Source: an uncultured Methanomicrobiales archaeon
Lineage (GTDB): Archaea; Halobacteriota; Methanomicrobia; Methanomicrobiales; Methanospirillaceae
Reading direction: 5' to 3'
Length of the DNA stretch: 64,000 nucleotides
Assembly (NCBI GenBank): GCA_963697895.1
Contig: OY969100.1
Location: 672,001 to 736,000, forward strand
Below are positions 55,202-64,000 of this stretch, piece by piece. Each line of letters begins with the position of its first letter. The first letter of the stretch is position 1. The position numbers and the translations under genes were made by a program. The notes under the pieces are model-generated. The model worked only from the letters and a program-made list of their open reading frames with translations. It searched no databases and was not told the DNA's origin.

Positions 55202-55669
55202 TTAGGAATCTTTCGGGAGAACAGTACCATGTTCATCGATCTCACCCCGATAGATGCGCGTGCTGGATATCCAGCGTCCGTCCGCAGCGAGGACGCAGCT
55301 GATCTGGTGAATATCGACCTTTTTTTTTCCCCGTTCGCGGCGGATCCGGTTAATTTCTGCCGCGGTCGTGAGGGTCTCCTCGCTCACCACAAGGGCATCA
55401 AAATCTGCATCGATCGCTGATCCGAACCGGTCGTCCAGTGGCTCAATGGACCAGTGGGAGGGAAAACCCCTTTCAGCGATAAATTTAATCAGATTTTCTT
55501 TCCGCTCCCGAAAGGACCTTACCGGATGTGTCTTATGACTCGCAAATCGATCGGTGGTCAACCCGATAACCACGGAGCCGTTCTGTCCCGCCAGTTCGAA
55601 AGATCGGGAAATAAGTCGTTTATGGCCATCGTGGAGCGGATCGAAGGTGCCTCCCACCATAATCTTCAT
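55202..55669 (-). CDS. coaD: Phosphopantetheine adenylyltransferase (archaeal type)
   Basis: GGTFDPLHDGH, LVVSEET, ISSTRI. Confidence 0.9.
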   Translation of the reverse strand: MKIMVGGTFDPLHDGHKRLISRSFELAGQNGSVVIGLTTDRFASHKTHPVRSFRERKENLIKFIAERGFPSHWSIEPLDDRFGSAIDADFDALVVSEETLTTAAEINRIRRERGKKKVDIHQISCVLAADGRWISSTRIYRGEIDEHGTVLPKDS

Positions 55670-55698
55670 GCATGTTCATGGTTAATTTTCTCATTATT

Positions 55699-56190
55699 AT
55701 GTATACTGTTCCGGAATTTTCTCATCCGGTATTTATCGCCAGGAATGCGACGGTGATTGGGGATGTGACGATCGGGGAGGACGTAGGAATCTGGTTTGGT
55801 GCCGTCGTTCGGGCGGATAAAGACCGGATTGTGATCGGCGACCGATCCAATATTCAGGATAACGCCGTCGTTCACACGAGCAGAGGTCACCCCTCTCTGA
55901 TTGGCAGACTCGTTTCGGTAGGTCACGGCGCAATACTTCACGGGTGCACGATCGGGGACCGGGTTCTTGTTGGGATGGGGGCGATAGTGATGAACGGGGC
56001 AATTATCGGCGAGGGCTCTATCCTGGGTGCGGGAACTATAGTTACGGAAAGTACAGAAATTCCTCCGGATTCGGTCGTCCTCGGTCTTCCCGGAAGAGTG
56101 GTAAAACAAGCGACTGAGCAACAACGTCAGTATATTAATGACAACGCACTGAATTATTGTGAATTAGCAAAGGAGTACCGCAATGGGTGA
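55699..56190 (+). CDS. Gamma carbonic anhydrase family protein
   Basis: Hexapeptide repeats, IWFGAVVRAD, NIQDNAVVH, VGHGAILHG. Confidence 0.92.
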   Translation: MYTVPEFSHPVFIARNATVIGDVTIGEDVGIWFGAVVRADKDRIVIGDRSNIQDNAVVHTSRGHPSLIGRLVSVGHGAILHGCTIGDRVLVGMGAIVMNGAIIGEGSILGAGTIVTESTEIPPDSVVLGLPGRVVKQATEQQRQYINDNALNYCELAKEYRNG

Positions 56191-57457
56191 TGTCGTTGTC
56201 ATCGGAGGAGGAATTACCGGTATCCAGGCTGCGCTGGATGTGGCGAATCACGGGATCAGGGTATACCTTATCGAGCGGGAACCTACCATCGGGGGCCATA
56301 TGGCCCAACTGGATAAAACATTCCCCACAAATGACTGTTCCATGTGCATTCTCAGCCCAAAGATGGTCGAAGTCCAGCGTCACCCGCTCATCACCGTACA
56401 TACCTGCAGCGAGATTGAACGGGTGGAAGGGGAGGTCGGGCACTTCACGGTTATCGTAAAGAAAAAACCCCGCTATATCGATGAAGATCAATGTACCGGG
56501 TGCGGGGATTGCATTCTTATCTGCCCCGTAGAGGTGTATAACCGTTATGATGCAGGAATCGGGGTGAGAAAGGCGATTTATAAGCCTCATCCACAGGCGG
56601 TACCGGACATCGTGATCAAAGATAACGAACATTGCATCGAATGCGGCCTTTGTTATGGAATATGTGGTAAGGATGCAATAAAAAAGGAAGATTCTCCCAC
56701 AACGATAGAACTGGAGGCTGCAAGCATTATTATCGCATGCGGGTACGTGACTTTTGATGCGGTTGATAAAGAGCAGTTCAGGTATCGCGTCCTTCCAGAC
56801 GTGATAACCAGTTTGGAGCTGGAGCGGATGATCAGCGCGAGCGGTCCGACTGGAGGCGAATTGCGACGTCTCTCCAACGGGGAGGCCCCCCATAACATCG
56901 TTTTCATCCAGTGCGTGGGATCCCGGGATGTACCCCTCGGCCGCTCGTATTGCTCGGGTGTCTGTTGTATGTCCGCGGTAAAAAATGCGATGTTAATTAA
57001 AGAAAAACACCCGGAAGTAGAGGTTTCCATCTGCTACATGGATATCAGGGCTTATGGAAAGGGGTATGAGGAGTATTACGAGCGGGCAAAGGGGCTTGGT
57101 GTCCAGTTTATCCGCGGGATGCCGTCAGACGTCATCGGGGACGATGATGGAATGATTCTTCGGGTGGAAAATACCGAGACGGGAGAATTTCTTATCCTCC
57201 ACCCGGACCTTGTCATCCTTTCAGTCGGCCTCGGACCGGCCGAAGATCTCCGAAAAATTGCGCAAAACCTCGGGATTGCCCTTGAAGAAGAAGGGTTCAT
57301 CAGGCCGCTCGATGCAAAGATCAACACGGTTGCGACGATCAGGCCGGGCATTTATGCTGCAGGGACCGCAGTCTCGCCCCGGGACATTCCGGACTGCGTC
57401 GCGCATGCGGGTGCAGCTGCGATGCGTGCATTCATGGATGCGTCCCGGGAAGGTTGA
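56183..57457 (+). CDS. hdrA: Heterodisulfide reductase subunit A family protein (short form)
   Basis: VIGGGITG, LDKTFPTNDCSMCI, two CxxCxxCxxxC, IQCVGSRD, YCSGVCC, YMDIRA. Confidence 0.88.
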   Translation: MGDVVVIGGGITGIQAALDVANHGIRVYLIEREPTIGGHMAQLDKTFPTNDCSMCILSPKMVEVQRHPLITVHTCSEIERVEGEVGHFTVIVKKKPRYIDEDQCTGCGDCILICPVEVYNRYDAGIGVRKAIYKPHPQAVPDIVIKDNEHCIECGLCYGICGKDAIKKEDSPTTIELEAASIIIACGYVTFDAVDKEQFRYRVLPDVITSLELERMISASGPTGGELRRLSNGEAPHNIVFIQCVGSRDVPLGRSYCSGVCCMSAVKNAMLIKEKHPEVEVSICYMDIRAYGKGYEEYYERAKGLGVQFIRGMPSDVIGDDDGMILRVENTETGEFLILHPDLVILSVGLGPAEDLRKIAQNLGIALEEEGFIRPLDAKINTVATIRPGIYAAGTAVSPRDIPDCVAHAGAAAMRAFMDASREG

Positions 57458-57461
57458 CGGG

Positions 57462-58499
57462 ATGCACGAGTGGCAGACCATCCGATGGGATGACAATACC
57501 GGGAAAATTATCCTCATTGATCAGACGAAACTCCCCGGAAAATATGAAGAAATGAGATGCTCTTCGGTACGAGACCTGGTATCGGCTATACAATGTCTCG
57601 CGGTCCGGGGAGCTCCGGCACTCGGGGTTGCAGGTGGATACGGAGTGGCACTCGCAGGATACACAGCTTCTGACAAGACGATGAAGGGCTTTGCCGCGAC
57701 AGTGAGGGCATCTGCAGAGATCATCCGGAATGCCCGCCCGACTGCAGTCAACCTCGGGTGGGGTGTGGACCGGGTACTCGGGAGTCTCGATCAGACGAAG
57801 TCCATAGAGGAAGCCCGCGTCCTGTTGCTCGAAGAAGCGAAGAGGGTTGCGTCCGAGGATATCATCACCTGCAAGGCAATCGGAGATACCGGTGCCCCGC
57901 TCCTGCCGGACCGATGTACGGTGCTCACGCACTGTAATGCAGGGGCTCTTGCATGCACAGCATGGGGAACGGCCCTGGGAGTGGTAAGAACGGCAATTCT
58001 GCAGGGGAAGGATGTCCGCGTAATTGCCTGTGAGACACGGCCTCTCTTCCAGGGGGCACGCCTGACGGCATGGGAACTGGAACAGGATGGAATCGATGTC
58101 ACGGTCATCACAGATTCCACTGCAGCCTTCCTCATGCGCACCGGCAGGATTGACCTGGTTCTGGTCGGAGCAGACCGTATCACGCGTGATGCGGTTTTCA
58201 ATAAAATCGGAACGTATATGCACGCGGTATGCGCGAGGTATCACGGTATCCCGTTCTATGTCGCTGCTCCGTTTTCTACGTTTGATCGGGGACATAGCGA
58301 ACCGGATATTACGATCGAGGAACGGGGGCGCGAAGAGATCGCCGGATGTGGGGGGGTCAAAACAGTACCTGACAACGCAGGCATAGAGAATTATGCCTTT
58401 GATGCGACGCCACTTTCCCTCATTTCAGGAATTATTACCGAAAAAGGCCTGCTTACCCCTCCGTATCCCTCGATCGTCCAGCAATCCCGGGATGTATGA
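57462..58499 (+). CDS. mtnA: S-methyl-5-thioribose-1-phosphate isomerase
   Basis: IDQTKLP, VRGAPALG, RPTAVNL, LTHCNAGALA, ETRP..QG.RLT, GADRI, NKIGT. Confidence 0.93.
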   Translation: MHEWQTIRWDDNTGKIILIDQTKLPGKYEEMRCSSVRDLVSAIQCLAVRGAPALGVAGGYGVALAGYTASDKTMKGFAATVRASAEIIRNARPTAVNLGWGVDRVLGSLDQTKSIEEARVLLLEEAKRVASEDIITCKAIGDTGAPLLPDRCTVLTHCNAGALACTAWGTALGVVRTAILQGKDVRVIACETRPLFQGARLTAWELEQDGIDVTVITDSTAAFLMRTGRIDLVLVGADRITRDAVFNKIGTYMHAVCARYHGIPFYVAAPFSTFDRGHSEPDITIEERGREEIAGCGGVKTVPDNAGIENYAFDATPLSLISGIITEKGLLTPPYPSIVQQSRDV

Positions 58500-59245
58500 C
58501 TTCGACCGGACTCCTTCTCTTAAGTTCACTGGATGGCGAAATTCCCCTTGGATACCAGATCGTCTATTATATCGGCGAGATCACCCTCATCATCCTCGCC
58601 GGTCTGATCATCACGGTATTTACCCTCGTCGGGCTTTCCCTGTACTCCATGCGCTCCGGAAAGTTGATCTTTCCCGGATTTCTGAAAGCCGGAATGGTCC
58701 TGTTGGAGGGGTTCGCCAAGGCATTGTTCCGGTTGTTCGGGTTGGAAGATCGGGAGGTCCAGGCGTTCTTTATCCAGATCCAGAACGCGATGAATAGAAA
58801 GGCCTTCGCTGCCGTACCCATCGCAGAAAGAGCAATATTTTTACCTCAATGCCTCCGCTCGTCGATCTGTCCGGCGCATCTTACTCCTGAGGGATTGAAA
58901 TGTAAAAGCTGTGGTTCGTGCGGGATCGAATATGTCAAAAGAACCCTCGAACAGATGGGGTATCACCTGTTCATCGTCCCGGGTTCTTCTTTCATAAAAA
59001 GAATGGTGAAACAGTACCATCCGAAGGCGATCATCGGGGTCGGATGTCTCTCCGAAGTAAAAGACGGGTTGGAAATGGCGGATAAGATCGGGTTGATCGC
59101 CATAGGAGTGGTTACCCTGAAGGAGGGGTGTGTCGAAACCCTGGTGAACTGGGACGATCTCTTTGAAGTCGCAATACTCGGCTTGGACCCGGACCTGATC
59201 CCGGATGAGATCAGGCCGGGACATCCCCCCTTTGCTCCCAAGTGA
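58496..59245 (+). CDS. DUF116 family membrane-associated protein
   Basis: N-terminal TM; FLPQCLR...C, CKSCGSC, VPGSS, IGVGC. Confidence 0.85.
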   Translation: MTSTGLLLLSSLDGEIPLGYQIVYYIGEITLIILAGLIITVFTLVGLSLYSMRSGKLIFPGFLKAGMVLLEGFAKALFRLFGLEDREVQAFFIQIQNAMNRKAFAAVPIAERAIFLPQCLRSSICPAHLTPEGLKCKSCGSCGIEYVKRTLEQMGYHLFIVPGSSFIKRMVKQYHPKAIIGVGCLSEVKDGLEMADKIGLIAIGVVTLKEGCVETLVNWDDLFEVAILGLDPDLIPDEIRPGHPPFAPK

Positions 59246-59289
59246 GGTCCGATGGAGAGGACGTTATAAGTTTCCGCTGCCGTCTGCAT

Positions 59290-60129
59290 TCACAGGAAGA
59301 GCGCTGCCAGGGTGAATACCAGCAATGACGCGAACATTCCGATCTTGAGAAATTCCGTCGATCGCGATGCTCTTACACAGGAAGGCGTGGTACATGCAAA
59401 CGATCGCGCTGCTCCAATCAGAATAATGAGATCGATGACTGCTATACCGGCAAGATACCAGGGTCCCCACCAGATATAGGGTATAACACTCGCGGCAACC
59501 GCTCCGATTGAAAATAAAAGGGCGATAATGGCGGTTTTTCTGACGCCGATCAGGACAGGGAGCGTCCGTGCGCCGGCAGCCGCATCCCCCACGAGGTCTT
59601 CGGCGGCCTTCAGGAGTTCACGAGAGATCATCGCAAGGATGGTGATGGCCACGATAGGGGCGATGTGAAGGATTCCTTCCCCTCCTGCCAGCGCTCCTCC
59701 GAAGAGAAATATACTTCCGGAAAGGTAGGCGACAGTACCATTCCCGACAAAAGCCATCCGTTTCAACCGTGCCGCGTACAGGATAAGAAGAATGGAATTA
59801 GTCAGCACAATGAGGAGGCAGACGGGGTTCGTTGGGATTGTGAGCAGAATTCCTGTAGAGAAGAGGAGAATGGTGAGCAGAAGTGCAGTACGGGGAGTTA
59901 TTTCACCCGAGGGAAGGGGTCGGTCCGGTCTGTTTATTGCGTCTATACGAACGTCATAATAGTCATTGACGATATTTCCTGCGGCGGTGATGCAGAAGAC
60001 GATGGGAATGAGAATCAATGCAAAAGGGATAAGGGTTCCCGTTGCGATGAAAAATGCAAGAACTGCAGCGATTCCGGCCACCAGGGAATTTACCGGTCGC
60101 AGGATCCTGATCATCCCGGGTACGATCAT
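59290..60129 (-). CDS. Digeranylgeranylglyceryl phosphate synthase (UbiA family)
   Basis: NDYYDVRIDAINRPDRPLPSG, RELLKAAEDLVGD; multiple TM helices. Confidence 0.9.
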   Translation of the reverse strand: MIVPGMIRILRPVNSLVAGIAAVLAFFIATGTLIPFALILIPIVFCITAAGNIVNDYYDVRIDAINRPDRPLPSGEITPRTALLLTILLFSTGILLTIPTNPVCLLIVLTNSILLILYAARLKRMAFVGNGTVAYLSGSIFLFGGALAGGEGILHIAPIVAITILAMISRELLKAAEDLVGDAAAGARTLPVLIGVRKTAIIALLFSIGAVAASVIPYIWWGPWYLAGIAVIDLIILIGAARSFACTTPSCVRASRSTEFLKIGMFASLLVFTLAALFL

Positions 60130-60207
60130 ACCATCACCACTCCTGCTCTCTATTACTTTTCTCTTACCCATTAACCTTGAGCTCCTACATCGGTTTTTCG
60201 AGAAAAG

Positions 60208-60282
60208 CGGGCGTGGGGGGATTTGAACCCCCGACCATTAGCTTAGGAGGCTAACGCCCTATCCGGACTAGGCCACACGCCC
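60208..60282 (-). tRNA. tRNA-Arg(CCT)
   Basis: GGGCGTG/CACGCCC acceptor, TTAGC-CTCCTAA-GCTAA anticodon arm, GGTTCAAATCC. Confidence 0.95.
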
Positions 60283-60345
60283 CCGCTCATATCCATTAAC
60301 GAGGAGAAGGTATAAGGTTAACGAACTTCAACATTGGAGAGAAAT

Positions 60346-61461
60346 ATGGATTTAATTGAGGTAACCGAGGGTCGAACGCAGTTTTTTGTACCACTGCAGG
60401 ACCCCGGGGTCCCATTTCCGCCGGGAGCGGCAGCGGTCTTCTTTAACCGGCGAATGGAATTGAACCGGGACGCAACCGTTCTCCTTACCTCGATCACCCG
60501 GCCATACCGGTACCTGGATGCAATGGCCGCGACCGGCGTGCGGGGTTTACGGATCGCCAATGAATGCGGGATTCCCGTCACGGTAAATGATCGAAATAAA
60601 AAAGCAGAAGAGCTTATCAGAATGAATGTATGCCGTTCCCGCCTGCCGATTGAAGTGCTCGCCGAAGATGTGAATGTACTGCTCAGTCTTCGTCATTTTG
60701 ACGCGGTGGATCTCGACCCCTTCGGAACCCCGGCACCATTCACCGATGCCGGGGTCCGAAGTGCGAACCGGTTCCTGTTCATAACGGCAACGGATACCGC
60801 ACCCCTCTGTGGGGCCCATATGAAGGCGGGTATACGGAGATATTTCGCATTTCCGCTCAATACGGAATACCATAGTGAAGTCGGCCTTCGGATTCTTATG
60901 GGATTTGTAGCAAGGGAAGCGGCGAAATATGATAAGGGGATTGAACCTCTCTTCTGCTTCGCCTATGAGCATTATATCCGCCTTCACCTTGGGGTACTGC
61001 ATGGCGCCCTGAAAGCAGACCGGTCCCTCGGGCACCTGGGGTTTGTATTCCAGTGTCCGGGCTGTCCTCACCGGGTGGAACAATCCGGTTTGAGGGCAAG
61101 CACCATCCGGTGTGAATTTTGCGGACATGAGATGGCCCCCATAGGGCCGTTATGGATGGGAGCCATAAGCAGTCCGGAAACGATTGCCCTGATGCTGCAG
61201 GAACTTCCCCGTATGAATCTTGGAACATCTTCGGAATTGGAAAAACTGCTGGTCCTTTGTGGAGAAGAACTTCCGTTCGCATCATTTTATGATTATCACC
61301 AGCTCGCAAAACACCTGAAGGTATCACCTCCACAGATCACGTTTGTACTGGATCAACTCAAAAAACGAGGTTTCCGGGCGAGCCGTACTCACTACGCAGG
61401 AACCGGAATCAAGACGGACGCCCCACTGGCCGATCTATATGCGAGTATCCACGCGTATTAA
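60346..61461 (+). CDS. trm1: tRNA (guanine-26,N2)-dimethyltransferase
   Basis: VFFNRRMELNRD, DAMAATGVRGLR, DLDPFGTP, TATD, CxxC...CxxC, GPLW. Confidence 0.93.
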   Translation: MDLIEVTEGRTQFFVPLQDPGVPFPPGAAAVFFNRRMELNRDATVLLTSITRPYRYLDAMAATGVRGLRIANECGIPVTVNDRNKKAEELIRMNVCRSRLPIEVLAEDVNVLLSLRHFDAVDLDPFGTPAPFTDAGVRSANRFLFITATDTAPLCGAHMKAGIRRYFAFPLNTEYHSEVGLRILMGFVAREAAKYDKGIEPLFCFAYEHYIRLHLGVLHGALKADRSLGHLGFVFQCPGCPHRVEQSGLRASTIRCEFCGHEMAPIGPLWMGAISSPETIALMLQELPRMNLGTSSELEKLLVLCGEELPFASFYDYHQLAKHLKVSPPQITFVLDQLKKRGFRASRTHYAGTGIKTDAPLADLYASIHAY

Positions 61462-61517
61462 TCTCGGGAATCATTTTTCTCCAGAAATGCCTGAAGGTTG
61501 CGTCCGGTTTCCCGGTT

Positions 61518-62630
61518 CTAGTGCTCAATGATTATCGAGAGGAGATCCCCGTCGTGGAGCCGGTAGGGAAGTCCTACCCGCTGACCCGGATGCTTCACCA
61601 ACTTTCCCCAGATACGGGCATATCGAAACCGGTCGACAAAGTCACGATGGAGTTTTCGGCATACGTCTTCGACGGTACTTCCCGAACGGATGATGAGCGG
61701 CTCCTCGAGATCCGCCACTCCGCTTTGTGGTTTCAGAAATACCCGCATAAACCCGAGCTGCTGGTAAATAACTTCTTTCAGTTCATCGATATGAAATCCC
61801 ATCTGGGCGGAGATCATGACCGGATGCATATTGAACCGATAAATGAGATCTTCTTCTATCTTCCCGACCGTGGGGGGATCGATAAGATCCACCTTGTTTA
61901 CCACGATGATTGCCGGGGCAAATATCCGGTTCCCCAACACCGCGTCAATGACATCGTCCTGGGTTGCTCCTCCCCTGATAAGGATATCCGCATTCATTAG
62001 TTTATTTTCGGCCATGATCGCACGGATCTCTTCGATGTCGAGGGACAGTGTGCCGACCGCATTGAGCCGGATCCCCCCGTGGGAAGTCTTCTTGATAGTG
62101 ATATCGGGACGCTGCCGGTTGATCCTGATACCTGCGTCATAGAGTTCTTTCATAAGAACATTGACGTGGCCCTGGTTGAACACGTCAACGAGGATTACAA
62201 TCATATCCGCACTGCGGACGACCCCGATCACTTCTTTCCCCCTCCCTTTTCCCATTGCTGCTCCGGCAATGAGTCCGGGGATGTCTAGGATCTGAATCTT
62301 TGCGCCTTTGTACTCCATTGCACCGGGAACGACCGTGAGAGTTGTGAATTCATACGCCGCAACCTCGCTCTGAGCCCCGGTCATCTGGTTAAGCAGGGTG
62401 CTCTTTCCGGTAGAGGGAAACCCGACGAGCACGACGGTTGCATCACCGGATTTCTTTACAGAGTATCCTTCTCCGCCTCCTCCAGACCGCATCGCCCTGT
62501 TGACCGCCTCGTCTCGGAGCTTTGCGATCTTTGCCTTGATTCGTCCGATGTGCTTGGACGTGGCCTTATTATAGGGAGTCTTCTGGAGCTCATCCTCCAG
62601 TTCCTTTACCTGTTCCTCAAGACCACTCAT
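61518..62630 (-). CDS. DRG/OBG-family GTPase with TGS domain
   Basis: NKATSKH, GFPSTGKSTL, YEFTT, DIPG, NKVD. Confidence 0.95.
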   Translation of the reverse strand: MSGLEEQVKELEDELQKTPYNKATSKHIGRIKAKIAKLRDEAVNRAMRSGGGGEGYSVKKSGDATVVLVGFPSTGKSTLLNQMTGAQSEVAAYEFTTLTVVPGAMEYKGAKIQILDIPGLIAGAAMGKGRGKEVIGVVRSADMIVILVDVFNQGHVNVLMKELYDAGIRINRQRPDITIKKTSHGGIRLNAVGTLSLDIEEIRAIMAENKLMNADILIRGGATQDDVIDAVLGNRIFAPAIIVVNKVDLIDPPTVGKIEEDLIYRFNMHPVMISAQMGFHIDELKEVIYQQLGFMRVFLKPQSGVADLEEPLIIRSGSTVEDVCRKLHRDFVDRFRYARIWGKLVKHPGQRVGLPYRLHDGDLLSIIIEH

Positions 62631-62777
62631 TTACTTATATTAGTGGCGGGATCGGCGACATATAGTTGTGGGTTGGCATATACGGTATTAAAATCCCGAT
62701 TTCGAAGGTTGATGGCCGATAAGGGCGACGGTTACAACATCTTTAAGTAAAACAAGCACCCAGATATGTGAGCAGTT

Positions 62778-62852
62778 GCTGCTATAGTGTAGTCCGGCCA
62801 ATCATGTGGGACTCTCACTCCCACGACTGGGGTTCGAATCCCCATAGCAGCA
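62778..62852 (+). tRNA. tRNA-Glu(CTC)
   Basis: GCTGCTA/TAGCAGC acceptor, TGGGA-CTCTCAC-TCCCA anticodon arm, GGTTCGAATCC. Confidence 0.95.
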
Positions 62853-63606
62853 TTCTATTTTAGGGAGTCATTTGGGGGTAGTTGAGTATCTCCATATGTA
62901 TTGTATTTTCCGCTTTAATACCCGGAAAATCGTTCATCTGAAACATAGACAACCTCGTAAAACCAAGCAAAAACCCTGGAATGTCAAGATCAAATATCTA
63001 TTCGGGAAGACACTAGTTTAGCTTCAAATAACCCCGGTTTGAGCGTATTACCCAGGAAATGTGATATTCTCTACCGCTCGCCTGAAGAACCCTGAACACC
63101 GTAATCAAAAATACTGATATAATCTGCCATTTATTAAAAAGGAGTGAGAATTACCGATTAAAAAGGTGCTTAATAGCGCCCCTCCGGCACGAGGGTAAAA
63201 TCAGATATACTGTCAACCATCCAAGATAAGATCCGGTCCCTAACCATCAGGGACGAGGCGTCTTTCTCGGTTAATTACGGGGAGATTTGGGGGTTTATGA
63301 CACATCATGCGGAGGGATTCCCATAGTATCCTCTCTCTTAATACCGTTCATTTCCTCGCACTACTTAACCTATGTTTAGCGGAAATATGGCCAGGATACA
63401 TACTCTCGGCTTAAACAGGAGATTGATATCGGGCGGTACCGAAGGCTATAAAAAACAAAGCAAATGATTCGGATCAGATGGCGGTTTTCAACTTCCGCAG
63501 GGATCCCCGGAATTCGTACGGGAATGAGATTTACGAACCTATCTCTGATTATTTATTTCGTCGGTAAATCAGATTAAAAAAATAGTTTGGGAAGATTGCT
63601 TCTCCA

Positions 63607-64000
63607 TTAAAAATACAGAACGCTCGGCAATGCAAACGGGTCAGCGACACCAAGCGAGTTCGCCCATGTCGGAACCGAGACATCAGTCGATATGCTGGAA
63701 ATCGCGAATGGATCCGCTACTCCGAGCGAGTTTGCCCATGTTGGAACCGAGACATCAGTCGATATGCTGGAAATCGCGAATGGATCCGCTACTCCGAGCG
63801 AGTTTGCCCATGTTGGAACCGAGACATCAGTCGATATGCTGGAAATCGCGAATGGATCCGCTACTCCGAGCGAGTTTGCCCATGTTGGAACCGAGACATC
63901 GTTCGATATGCTCGGCAATGCAAACGGGTCAGCGACACCAAGCGAGTTCGAATACGTCGGAACCGTGATGTCAGTAGATACACTGGGTATATCGAACAGA
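63607..64000 (-). CDS. 3' end of a protein with 26-aa (78-bp) tandem repeats; start outside window
   Basis: Frame open to the window edge (LFDIPSVSTDITVPTYSNSLGVADPFALPSISNDVSVPTWANSLGVADPFA...). Differences between units are mostly synonymous in this frame (CTT GGT GTC GCT GAC CCG TTT vs CTC GGA GTA GCG GAT CCA TTC). Confidence 0.8.
   Translation of the reverse strand, partial: LFDIPSVSTDITVPTYSNSLGVADPFALPSISNDVSVPTWANSLGVADPFAISSISTDVSVPTWANSLGVADPFAISSISTDVSVPTWANSLGVADPFAISSISTDVSVPTWANSLGVADPFALPSVLYF

Noticed and set aside
62853-63606. Possible ncRNA or island boundary after tRNA-Glu (short repeats atttgggggt and attaaaaagg)
   Set aside because: The repeats are only about 10 bp, with no recognisable fold or ORF.
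63625-63965. 78-bp tandem repeats as a possible CRISPR array
   Set aside because: The units are contiguous with no unique spacers, and variation is synonymous in a - strand reading frame.

Overview
Chromosomal window from a methanogenic archaeon, most consistent with Methanomicrobiales (split GltB1/B2/B3 plus an FrhB-like subunit, HdrA, DGGGP synthase, AglJ, TATA promoters, tRNAs without encoded CCA). Main blocks: (i) 1-16 kb and 31.8-38 kb, a family of large, acidic, Cys-rich secreted surface proteins (InlB-B-like repeats, beta-helix, CnaB/SdrD-B repeats) plus a papain-family protease; (ii) 16-25 kb, a nitrogen-assimilation cluster (glutamate synthase, glnA, glnK, amtB, glnK) with three matching TAGAA-N6-TTCC NrpR-like operators; (iii) 44.5-48.8 kb, an HTH-FHA regulator / multipass Ser-Thr kinase / PP2C phosphatase operon; (iv) housekeeping genes and four tRNAs. 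Best leads: five surface proteins that share terminal domains pairwise in a chain ending at a single membrane-anchored member; a duplicated, apparently structured 5' leader in front of two of them; CnaB rods predicted to be stabilised by isopeptide and disulfide bonds; and the receptor-kinase operon, whose ectodomain carries the same repeat as the surface proteins. Three genes are broken by single-base insertions that may be sequencing errors. No CRISPR array, integrase or transposase was seen. All family assignments come from motif recognition by eye, not database searches.
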